Shown piece after piece: positions 37,201 to 47,819 of a stretch of DNA of 64,000 nucleotides. The number at the start of each line of letters is the position of its first letter. The first letter of the stretch is position 1. The translations under genes and the position numbers were made by a program. The stretch lies in the NCBI GenBank assembly GCA_037447605.1, contig CM074817.1:2170001-2234000 (forward strand). The letters are read 5' to 3'. Below the pieces are notes generated by a model. It was given only the letters and a program-made list of their open reading frames with translations. It was not told the DNA's origin and did not search any database. The stretch comes from Zygnema circumcarinatum SAG 698-1b. Its lineage: Eukaryota > Plantae > Zygnematophyceae.

Positions 37201-38864
37201 TCCACCCTCCCTTCTTCCCTCTCCCTCCTCCCCCTCTCCAGCCTGTCTTACCCATCTCCCCTCTCTTCTCCCTCCTCCCCTTTCTCCCTCTCCTCTTCTC
37301 GCCCCTCCCATTCCTTCACCCCATCTACCGCCCGCCCCCCCCCCCCCCCCATCCCCCGCCGCATCCCATCTCCTCCTCACCCTTCTTCTCCCTCCCTCTC
37401 TGTCCCCTGTTCCTCCACATTTTTCCTCCAGACTCCTTCTCCACCACTCCTTAAAACCACGCCCACCCCCCCCAACCCCCCCCAAAAACATCTCCTTTTC
37501 CCATTCTCCTCCCCTTCCCCCTCCAAGTTTTCCTTGATTCCATCTCTCTTCCTCTGTCCCACTCCCTAAGCCCTCATCCCTTCCCGAATCTGGACACTAA
37601 GCCAAGGGGCGAATCCAAGATTTTAATTCAGGTGAGGCTGACCAATGAGTTCCAAAACTGAAATTCAAGAATATGTACTTTTGCTGGTCAACCTTCAAAG
37701 GCGATCAGTGGCTGACAGCTTTCCAAAAGCTGAGGGGAGGCCTGAGTGTAGTGTACAATAGGGGTATAGAACAACGTAGTACACTTTACGGTCCTTAGCT
37801 AGTGTCGGCGGTCCTTGGTAGATTCGGTCACAGTCTGAACAGTGCGCTAGAGCGCTGTTCTTAGTGGGAAGACGACAGGTTTGAATAGGACACGTGGAGG
37901 GCGGCGATAGGCCGCGCCACCAGTGGAGTCCGCTTAGAATCGATAAGGATGTAGACACGTGGCGCGCGACGATAGGTCGCGCGGCTATGAGTCAGCTTAG
38001 TACGGATTATTGGAGGCGCGAAGGAGCGCGGAAGGTTCGGAGCGACGGAGGAGCTTTCGGAGGAGTGTTTCTGTACGGACACTCCCCTCCCCATGGCGGC
38101 CTCTCGAGCTGAGCTCCCGCGCGGCGCGGAGCGAACTCCAGAAGGCGCGGAGCGACCTCGAAGACATGGAGGTGGAACGCGGTGGCACGCGGTGGAACGT
38201 GGAGGTGCTTCAGCGGCTAGTATTTAGTTTGCTTAGTGCATAGTGCTAGTTACCCTTAGAACCTTGAATCTCGGCTCGTGGTGCTGAGTGTAGAGGCCTG
38301 CTGTATGGGCAGCAGTAGATAGGAGTGTAGGGCAGAGCAGTAGGAATCGCCTGAGGGCTGAATTTCTGTGTGTAACCCTTCTTATCTATTTTAAGGAGTT
38401 TTGAGCCGGTGGGGCTTTCTCCTCTTACTTCATCTCTCGGTGTTTCATTTCTCAGCTTTCATTCTCTCCTTCCGGTGTGTGCATTGGGGGTGGGTGTGTT
38501 CGCTGAATTACAAGCATGTCTGAGAGTGCAGCAAGTGAGAGAGACCAGGCTCTAGTTTCCAACACTGAGCTCCCACGCAGCCATAGATCCGCCTCTTCCT
38601 AAGCCTCCACTTTCCCCTCTCTCGTCCGCTTCCTCCTCTCGTTCATGTGAGCTTCATTCTCATAGGCTTCCCCACGTTTCAATTCCCTCCCACCCTCTTC
38701 CCTACCACAGTTCCATCCCTGCATTTCCCAACATACAATCTGCCACGGAGAGGCTTACCTCGTTCGAAGGTCGGCAACATAACAATCAGAATTCCGATTA
38801 ATCCGATTAATCCCAGGTATCTTAAGCCTGCGTACATTTTCTCTGCTCCAAATGCGATCCACAT
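34262..38864 (-). CDS. TBL: Trichome birefringence-like (TBL/DUF231) polysaccharide O-acetyltransferase
   Basis: Exons on minus strand: 38864-38759, 36968-36503, 36162-36027, 35761-35621, 35492-35374, 35212-35051, 34740-34531, 34376-34262. N-terminal TM ([17 protein letters not shown]); PMR5N domain ([17 protein letters not shown]...RWQPHGC); GDS motif ([11 protein letters not shown]); RKDAH; [15 protein letters not shown]. Confidence 0.93.
36154..36413. repeat. 52-bp tandem repeat x5 that includes a TBL 3' splice site
   Basis: Unit GGGTCAAATCTGCATTCTCGAGAGTCCCTAAGATTGCCAGAGATTACTTCTT at 36154, 36206, 36258, 36310 and 36362; one substitution in copy 4. Confidence 0.95.
37604..38597. mobile_element. 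Non-autonomous DNA transposon/MITE (hAT-like by 8-bp TSD), interrupted by a solo LTR
   Basis: TIRs AAGGGGCGAATCCA / TAGATCCGCCTCTT (11/14 match); flanks ACTAAGCC (37596-37603) and CCTAAGCC (38598-38605), 7/8 match. Confidence 0.65.
37747..38564. mobile_element. Solo LTR (818 bp)
   Basis: Begins TGTAG, ends CCAACA; flanked by perfect 5-bp CTGAG (37742-37746 and 38565-38569). A second internal CTGAG-TGTAG at 38284-38293 makes the left boundary slightly ambiguous. Confidence 0.65.
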
Positions 38865-38911
38865 TGTATCAAAACGGCCACCACTTTTTCCCCCCACCTG
38901 CTCCCGCGGGG

Positions 38912-38915
<4 letters not shown>

Positions 38916-38951
<36 letters not shown>
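38916..38951. repeat. (CAG)12 microsatellite in the TBL 5' region
   Basis: Direct count. Confidence 0.95.
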
Positions 38952-38953
<2 letters not shown>

Positions 38954-39018
38954 GGGTTGACTTTTTGTCCGTATTGACCGTACGGGTCGATCCAAATCCG
39001 TACGGTTCCATAGAATAC

Positions 39019-40202
39019 GGGGGCGACTATTAACAGTGTACTTTTTTCTGAATGTAGTGTACGATTTCGCCGGGCAGCAAAAAAAGGCTTTTTTTGGCGA
39101 AACATGCTGTTTCACACTTTTCAGAATAGATACAGCTTTTTTCGTCGGATGTACGGATGGTGATTTGAAATGTACGAAGCGCGCGCGTCTACAAGGTATG
39201 AGGGCGCAACACGTGGAGCGACATGATTGGTCGCGGCAACATATGACGTGGCAAGTATGTTTGGGACCGTGACGTGACGAAACGAGACGCGAATAAAGTG
39301 GAGTCCGCGGACGGCAGTCGGAAATGGCGGGAATTAAAACTGACAGAAAAAGATAGGGCACATAACGTAGCGTGTTTCAGGAAAAATCTGTCAGTTTTAA
39401 TTCCCGCCATTTCCGACTGCCGTCCGCGGACTCCACTTTTTTCGCGTCTCGTTTCGTCACGTCACGGTCCCAAACATCTTGCCACGTCATATGTTGCCGC
39501 GACCAATCATGTCGCTCCACGTGTTGCGCCCTTATACAGTCTAATCACGTTATAGTGACTCTGTCGGTCCCCACGCATTTGTGTCACTATATCGGTAATG
39601 ACCCGTTTGTCATCTCACATTTATAGTAACAATGTTATTACATATGTTTTTGCGGTATATCCGTACGACTTTGATACCGTACATTGTAATTTTTGGGCAG
39701 TCGTCACGTGGGTAGGTGTGTACGAACCCTAGTGAGCATGTGTACGGACAAGTTGATATGTACGGTCAAGTCGATATCTGACGATATTTGTCGATAACGT
39801 GTACGGTCGTAACATATTTGTAACGCATATTCCAATACGTGGGTGGATAATATCGAAATTTTGAATATATAGTAACAATCAGGGTTTTTCAACGTCATTA
39901 TATCCGTAATGGCGTCACTACTGGCGCAGGATCTGCAGTGGTGCAATTCCGTTCCCGGAAAAAAAGTCAGTATATCCATGCTATTCTTATAAAAAGTGTC
40001 ACTATAACGTGATTAGACTGTACCTTGTAGACGCGCGCGCTTCGTACATTTCAAATCACCATCCGTACATCCGACGAAAAAAGGTCTGTATCTATTCTGA
40101 AAAGTGTGAAACAGCATGTTTCGCCAAAAAAAGGCTTTTTTTGCTGCCCGGCGAAATCGTACACTACATTCAGAAAATAGTACACTGTAAATAGTCGACC
40201 CC
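39019..40202. mobile_element. Non-autonomous long-TIR DNA transposon (Mutator-like/foldback) with 8-bp TSD
   Basis: 39019-39198 is the near-perfect reverse complement of 40021-40202; ends GGGGGCGACTATT / ATAGTCGACCCC; perfect TAGAATAC at 39011-39018 and 40203-40210. Confidence 0.9.
39199..39534. mobile_element. 336-bp foldback MITE with TA TSD (Tc1/mariner-like), inserted in the left TIR of the element above
   Basis: Arms ~39199-39346 and ~39388-39534 are near-perfect inverted repeats; TA at 39197-39198 and 39535-39536; removing it restores aaggTAcagtc, which matches the intact right TIR. Confidence 0.88.
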
Positions 40203-40423
40203 TAGAATACCCGTAAAACCGAACAAGTTGAGAAATTAAAAAACCAAACCAAACCAAACCTTGGTCTAGTTTTAGTCAGCCAATTGCAAACTAGTCATGC
40301 CCATAACCAATGATCGATGACCTCGACCTTGACCATGACCTTCTCTGAATCCTCATGAGCCCCACAACCCAATGACCGGCACCCTCATTTGTGACCAAGG
40401 ATTGCAATATAATAACTAAGGGT

Positions 40424-40563
40424 CTATTCACACACCTTTTTTTGTCTAGATACACACCTTTCTTCGCCGGTAAGAATTTGGGTTTTTATGGTACAGTATG
40501 GGAGAGAGAGGGGGGGGGGAGGGAGGTAAGGTGTGTATCTAGAAAAAAAATGTGTGTAAATAG
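40424..40563. mobile_element. Small degenerate foldback (MITE-like)
   Basis: ctattcacacacctttttttgtctagatacacacctt (40424-40460) pairs with aaggtgtgtatctagaaaaaaaatgtgtgtaaatag (40528-40563); no TSD found. Confidence 0.55.
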
Positions 40564-41570
40564 CAATTCCCTATTTTTTACAGTAATTTCCGTAAAACGG
40601 GCCATCCCTATCTTTGACCCGCCCGGCGCGGCCGTTCGGACGGCGACCGCCGACGACCGCTGGTCCAGAACCGTGCACGTCAGTGACGTCATGATTAACG
40701 CACGCCTTTCTGACGCTGGGCACGAGTGACGTGTCCGACCGGAAACCGGCGACTGCGACGGGCAGACCATGCGTCACAGTTTGCAACTTTCGATCCAAGC
40801 ACAAGAAACTAGGTTTGAAACCAAGATCCAACGGTCCAGACTACGTTTCCGCCATCGGGGCAGACTAAAAAAAAACTGACACTTGATCCATAGCACGTCA
40901 CGTCACGCTTGTGGTTAAAGTCGCGCTTCGCATCTGCAAGCCCTCGCAAAGCCGGCGGCGCTTTTCGTTTCAAATGGACGGCCACGATTACGTCTCTTGA
41001 ACCTAGACGGTCCAGATTCGGTCACGTGGGAAAAAATGGTGACGTTACGTCTCGGCAGGGCGCTTTCGTTGTCGGCCTCTTGTCCTGGCTGGTGCAAAAT
41101 TAGGGTTAGGGTTAGTGTGACAGCCATGGCGGAGGATGTGATGGCTGCCGGGTCTCTATCCGCAGACTGCGAATGGCTCCATATGAAATGGGCCGAAGGC
41201 TCTGCTTCTTGGAGAGTTTTGGATTGCGTTTTCAGGAGCGAGAGAAGGGGGAGCGATTATGTGCTGAAGCGGTGAGCAAAGGCGGAGATTTACGTTTTGG
41301 TGGCTGAATTGTAGAGTTTGAGGGTCTAAGCTTACTGAGAATGGAAGGCAGATTTCTTTTCAGGGAGTGGGCTGCCCTGCCTGCATTGGACAGAGGTTTG
41401 CGGACTTTTTTTAGTGTTTGAATGCAAGGTTTTGTAGTATGGCCGCCAGGTGTTCAAGGCTTCTTGTGGCGGTGCAATTCTGTTCTAATTTTTTTTTTGT
41501 TGTATTGCGTCACACAGGCGGCAGGGAAATATTCAGAAAATTCATTTTGAAATCGATGTTCAAAAGGGCG

Positions 41571-44061
41571 ATGGCTCCTGTGCATCATATTTTTGCAGTT
41601 TTCTTGTTTTTTCACTGCAGCGGATTGTACTTGAAGTTGGTGAATAGTGTAGACCATTATTATACAATTGATGGTAAGCTCCGCAGCGCTTCTCTGCCAG
41701 CAAGAAAGAAAAGTGATATGGAAAGGCAATTTGTTTCTTTTGGAACTGAGAAAAAGTAATCAATTTCTGAACTGGAAAACTAAATTAACTATGTGTTTGT
41801 AAATATTCAATTATTTTGACTTATCTGGATTTAAAGCCTAGGTGTTATATGAACTTCCGATTTTGATCTCTCTAACTCTCCCGTTCTCTCTCGACTCTCC
41901 CTCTCTCTCTCCCTCTCTCTCTCTCTCTCTTTCCCTCACTCTCTCACTCTCCGTCTCTCTCTAACTCTCCCCCTTTTCCTCCCTGGCATCGAAACCACAA
42001 ACGGATAGTACTAGAGAATCGATTACCGGGGCTAAAGTAAATGAATTCTCGGAAAAAACAGTTTACTAAAAATTATATGATGGGTCTGGTTCCGCGCAGT
42101 GAAATTCGCATATACAAACGCAGACGGCTTCGATTCCCGCCTCATATTTAGTGGCAACGGAACATTTCCCGGACCCACAATCCGTGCAACTCAAGGAGAC
42201 ATCCTGCATGTAACCATTGTTAACGAACTATTCCAAGAAGGAACTACGGTAAACTTTTAGAGATGCCTTGACTTCTTAAAGGTTTTGGAGAGAAAGTACA
42301 TGTCTTCATGATTTGCTATTTCAAATCATTTCATGTTTCAGCTTCTCGTTTCCTTTTCGTTACTTTGCCTTTTTCCCCGTTTAAACATTCCAGTGAATCT
42401 TGTTGTGATGCAGATCCACTGGCATGGAATTAAACAGCAAGGAACACCCTACTACGATGGAGTAGCCGGTGTATCTCAATGGTTCGTTTCTGAATGCAGT
42501 TAATCCGTTGCCAAATGTTGGTTTTGTAAGGGGAAGATTACTCCATACTGATTCTATCAGATGCTTTTTTCTAACGGTTTTACATTTGTTTGCCGACTAA
42601 ATGCTTAGCAAGATTATTTTTTTGAGAGAAAGCTCGCATGTTACATGTTGTATGCAGTGCGATTCTTCCCGGGACCAACATGACGTATGTATTCAACACA
42701 TCGGGAAACCTCGGCACTCATTGGTGGCATTCACATTACGTCATTCAACTTGTGGCAGCACTATATGGGCCTCTCATTATTGATCCTCCACCCCCATTTG
42801 ACGACAAAGTCTTTCTTGGATATGATGAGGAGCTGGAACCGGCCGTAATGCTTGGGGACTGGTGAGTGTATGCCGGGGGGAATAGAGGAAAACAAAGGAC
42901 AAACAAACAAACAAAGGACTTTGTTTGTCTGTCAAACAAAGGATTCTAAACTTTCAAATGTGTAACAATCAAAAAGATAAATATGGAAATAAGCGAGGAA
43001 AAAAATCAGGAAAGAGTTTTCAAAACTGGCAGGAGTGGAGGACGTGATGTGAAGATATGGGAAATTTTTTCGACGCTGGGCTCTCATTTTTGGTTTCTGT
43101 TTAGGCTTTGTGTAGTTTCGGTGCCTGCGAGAAAAAGAGAAAGTGGGGGGGAGAGAGAGAGAGGAGATATTTTACAGTGTGGGCTAAGCATCAACCACGC
43201 ACAGGAAGGGCGAGAGAGAGAGAGAAAATTTCGTGTAATGTGGTCTAAGTTTCAAGCACGCACAGAGAAAGGGGAGAGAGCTAGAAAGAGAATATTCGAC
43301 AATGTGCGCTAAGGTGAAAAACGCACCGACAGGAGCGAGAGGGGGGAACGAGAGTGAAAAAGAGAGGGAAGAGCGAGAGAGGGAGAGAGAGAGAGGGAGA
43401 GAGAGAGAGAGAGAGAGGATATTCTACAGTGTGGGCTAAGCTTGAATCTCGCACAGGTATCACACCACTTTGAACGACCAGGAGTATTCCCTCCTCAATG
43501 TGAACGGGTGGTTGTGGCCCTCCACGGGCATCGTCAACGGGAAGGGCATCTTCAACTGCACGCCCGCGCCGGCGGCTCCATGCATCGCTGCAAACATCTC
43601 CGCGAATTACACCGTACTGAAAGTCACACAGGGAAAGAGGTAGACAGTAGACCTCGTTGTTAACGCGTCTCCCACCCATTCGCTGCCTCTCTATGTCTCT
43701 CTATCGCTCTCTGTCTTTCTCTCCCCTAATTATCTCTCTCTTGCTCTCTCTCCCTCTCTCCCCAACACTCCCTCTCGCTCGCTCGCTCTCCCTCTCTTCC
43801 TTACCTCTTCTGTCCTTCCCTGTTTCTAAGAAAATATGTGCAAGGGTTGGTGGACACATTGCAGGTATCGCATGCGGATCATCAACTCCGCATCACAGGC
43901 ATTTTATAACTTTGTGATTGAAAACCACAATCTCACCAGTAAGTCCTAAAATGCAGAAATCTTTAATCCCGAATTCGAACTTCAAATATGAAGAAATAAA
44001 TTTGAATCTCCTCAAACCTTCTGAATACTTATCTGCAACCAAATCATTGCTACATTGACAC

Positions 44062-44092
<31 letters not shown>

Positions 44093-47043
44093 CTTTTTAG
44101 TCGTGGAGGCAGATGGGAACTATGTTGAACCTGTGGTTGTCACGTCACTTGATCTGAGTGCGGGCCAAACCTATTCAGTTCTGTTCACCGCCGATCAACC
44201 CATCGACACATATTGGATGGTGGCCCCAGTTCAGTATGTAAGCGCGGACTTTGGTAAGACCCAAAAACAAAAAACAAAGAAGGATAATATCTTCTTATCT
44301 CTTCTTTACGAAATTCTTTGATAATAATTTTCATTTTTGGTTTAAGCTCCCTTTTTATCGCTTTGTTTCTATGAATGCTGGAGACTTTTGTTCCTTTTTT
44401 ATTTAGTTATGATTTCTGACTAGAGTTTGACCACGTTTTGCATGTAGATGTAAATGCCATCGCTATTTTGCAGTACGAAGGTGCGCCCGAACTCGAGCCC
44501 TTGCGAGAGCTGCCTTCAACGCACCCTGCATGGAACGACACGGCGTTCAGTAACGCGCAACTGACGAGCATTAAACAAAGAGCCGACAGCATTGTTCCCG
44601 TTTCAACAGTCGTGGACCGCCATATTACCATAGTCCTTGCCGAAACCATCGTGAACGGAATATACATGTAAGGAGGGGGGAGAGGGGAGAGGGAAGTGGA
44701 GGGAGAGGGTAGAGGGAAGTGGAGGGAGAGGGTAGAGGGAAGTAAAGGGAGAGGTGAGAGGGAAGTTGAGGGAGAGGGGAGAGGGAAGTGGAGGGAGAGG
44801 AGAGCGGGGAGAGGTGATGGGGGAGGGGAGTGGGAGTGGGGAGAGGAGAGTGGAGGGAGAAGGGAGTGGGGAGAGTGGGGAGGAAAGAGGGGTAGGGGAG
44901 TGGGGAGAGTGGGGAGGGTAGAGGGAGAGGGGAGTGGGGAGGGTAGAGGGAGAGGGGAGTGGGGAGAGTGGGGAGGGAAGAGAGGTGGAGGGAAGAGGGG
45001 AGTGGAGGGAGAGGGGAGTTGGGAGGAAGATTGAGGGATTGCTATCTGAAACTCCTATTTTTTCTGCTGCCACATATGGTGAGAACTGACATATATTCAA
45101 GCATGGAAACGCAGGTTTTCTGTAAACAACAAGACCCTGCAGCTCCCTCCCACTCCGTACTACTTGCAGCAATACTACGGCGTTCTGAATGACACCATAG
45201 ACTACAGCCATGACCAGCCCTCCATGCCGTACAACTACATGCTCCCTCTCCCTGCGCAGAACATAACGGAGGCTGGCGACATGGGAACGATCATGTACAC
45301 TATCAATGTATGCTCCGTGGAATATGATTCTTTGAATAGAATAGTACTTCAAAGTCCAAAAAACTACAATCTGGAGTCAAGTTGTTTTAAATTGCACACC
45401 TTTATCGTACCTTTCTGTTCCATACAGCTCCCTTTTGTGAAGCTGCAGCTTTCAGCTTTCAGCTAATAAGGGTAACACTGTAAAACAAGTGCGAAATCTT
45501 GAAATTTGAAGCTGCAGATATTATCATTGTAGAGAGGCATAGTTCTGTCTCATCTTTGAGTCGGTTCTTCCTTTAAGCGAAAAGTTGAAGGGGGGTCTGT
45601 CCGTTAAGCATGGAGAACATTTTACTCATTTTCGCACTTTCTAATTTCTCTTTGGGGCATGTTGTGTGCTTGCAGAGAGGTGACGTCATCCAAGTGGTGC
45701 TTCAAAACACCGTCAACGATGATTTGCTGAGGTACACCACGATGCCGGAATACTAAATTTGTGGATAGCGACAAAACCTGCTAACAAAAGCAAAAATCTC
45801 TGAAACGTCAAATTCTAAGATTCTGGAAAACTCAAATTCAGTTTGTCACGATTATCTTTCCGATTTATCAATCCTTGCATAGATTCTAGTCTAGTTCATA
45901 GTCCTAAATCTGCGTCGTTAATCTTCTCAACCCTAAAACCCCAACAGACAACAGACACCCTTCACCCTTCACATATCACATATCTCACATTCTAGCATGT
46001 CATAAACTGCCCTTGCCTTCTCAAACCTCTCAAACAGAATTTCACTTTCACACATTCTCTCATTCTAATCCTTCTTATTTCCTTCCCTCTGCGTTATTTT
46101 CCGCAGTACGGACCATCCCTGGCACCTCCACGGCCACGACTTTTGGGTTGTGGGAACAGGCTTCGGCATTTACAACGCAAGTTTGGATGCCGAATTCAAC
46201 CTTGAAAGTGCGGTGTGGCGGAACACGGCGACTGTGCTCCCATTGGGGTGGACCGCGATCCGCTTTGTGGCGGACAATCCGGGTAAACCCTAAAACGTGA
46301 ACCCGCCGCTGGAATCATCGATCAAGTTCATGTTCAAAACCCCTGAAACCCTAAGGAGTTTTAGGTTGTAGGGTTCACGGTCGGGAGTTTGAAAGAATGG
46401 GGGGGGAAACATGCATGGGTCTAGAAGAGTGTGGAGTTGAGATTAGAATTTGGAAGTTTGAAATCGGCGGATGGTTGTTGGGCAGATTGTTTGTGTTTTT
46501 GATAAAGGACGGTCGGAACTATCGAAAGGGGGGGGGGGGGTCATATTTCTGTTTCCTTCATCCTGTGTGTAAACTTCAAGAACATTGCTAACTGTTTTGT
46601 GCTTGTTATTTTGTTTGGAATGCATGCAGGAATCTGGCTCTTCCATTGTGTAAGCTCACCGTCCCCCACCCCATATTCTACTGTCTCCTTTCAAACTCTT
46701 ACTTGCATTCAAATACAAACCACTTCACTCCCTACAAACCCTAAAAACTGTAGGAACGCCACAGGAGGCCTATTTCCCACTAACTTCCCCTAAAAACCCT
46801 TAAAACCCTAATAGCTACATACATGCGTGTCCGTGACTGTCAGTTAAACTGGTTGCGAAACTGAAAGTGTCCCTCCCGTTCTATGCGCAGCACAACTCCC
46901 TCCACCCGCAGGTCGGCATGGGCGTCGTCTTCAACGAAATTCCGAGCGAGCATCCTCCGCCGCCGCCCGACGCCGCGCTCTGCGGTGACGTCACGCCCAA
47001 GTTCTTGCAAGAGCATGCGCCCGGGGGGACGAGGGCCCCCTAG
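41571..47043 (+). CDS. L-ascorbate-oxidase-like three-domain multicopper oxidase, probably secreted
   Basis: Exons 41571-41673, 42100-42248, 42414-42481, 42658-42861, 43457-43639, 43865-43938, 44101-44253, 44448-44667, 45115-45307, 45676-45731, 46107-46282, 46630-46649, 46891-47043. All four Cu motifs present: [29 protein letters not shown] (axial Met); many N-x-S/T sites. Confidence 0.92.
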
Positions 47044-47605
47044 CTTGCATGTTTCATGCCCCACAAGGCATTGTACCATGTTATGGAGGGAGAGAGGGAG
47101 GGAGGGGAGAGGGGGGGGAGGGAGGGAGGGAGGGAGGGAGGGAGGGAGGGGCAAACTTGTATGGTATTGTGGGGACCCAAAGGCTGAACGTGTAAACTAT
47201 GGTAGAGTGTATTTTGGGTTTTTAACTGGGGCGTGTCGAGGGGTTCAGGAATAAGGGTTTTAGGGAATGGTTAGTGATGTACCCATGTTCGATGTCTTTT
47301 TTATGTGTTAGCGAGTCGGTAAGTCCGTTTTTTGTTTGTTGGGTTTTTGTTGAAACAAGTGTTGAAATGCTCAAGGCGTTGTAGAACCATGATCATGTTT
47401 TGATGTCCTATGTGCTGTTACTGCGCGGCGAGTGTTCTGATGCTTTGTTTATGCAATTTCAGTTCTTGTTTGTGAATGATTGTGCCTTCAAATTGCAACT
47501 TTTGGCTGTACCGTACTATTGTTCGCCCTGCGATTGAAGGGCGATTACTATTCCTGAATGTATGCATCCTTCATTTCCAAAGGAATAATATATTCTGAAG
47601 ATTCT

Positions 47606-47683
47606 GTGTCGGTGGTCTAGTGGCAGGACGATTAATTATACTCAACCATGTTGCAGATCAAGGTTCGGTCCCCGGCCGGCACA
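47606..47683 (+). pseudogene. tRNA-like element (pseudo-tRNA or tRNA-derived SINE head)
   Basis: Acceptor stem GTGTCGG/CCGGCAC+A, D-stem GTCT/GGAC, A box TGGTCTAGTGG, B-box-like GGTTCGGTCC; the anticodon arm does not pair and is ~8 nt too long; T-stem is imperfect. Confidence 0.6.
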
Positions 47684-47819
47684 CTTTCGAAGAATGCGCT
47701 TGAGTTGAACATTTTTTGCTCATTCATGAAAAATTCCACACTATGCCCAGATCGAAACTAGTACACCACCGTACAAAATAAAAAATTGAGTAGCTGTACT
47801 GATTTCGCTTGGAATGCAG

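Noticed and set aside
36969-37255. Hydrophobic [22 protein letters not shown] as the TBL N-terminal anchor
   Set aside because: No in-frame ATG after the nearest stop; the exon at 38864-38759 supplies ATG, TM and a phase-matched strong donor.
38010-38243. Coiled-coil-like ORF ([18 protein letters not shown])
   Set aside because: Lies inside the solo LTR within TBL intron 1; no splice or homology support.
44238-44243. GTAAGC donor after VQY in the oxidase
   Set aside because: Phase 0 does not fit the next acceptor; the GTAAGA donor at 44254 restores the frame.
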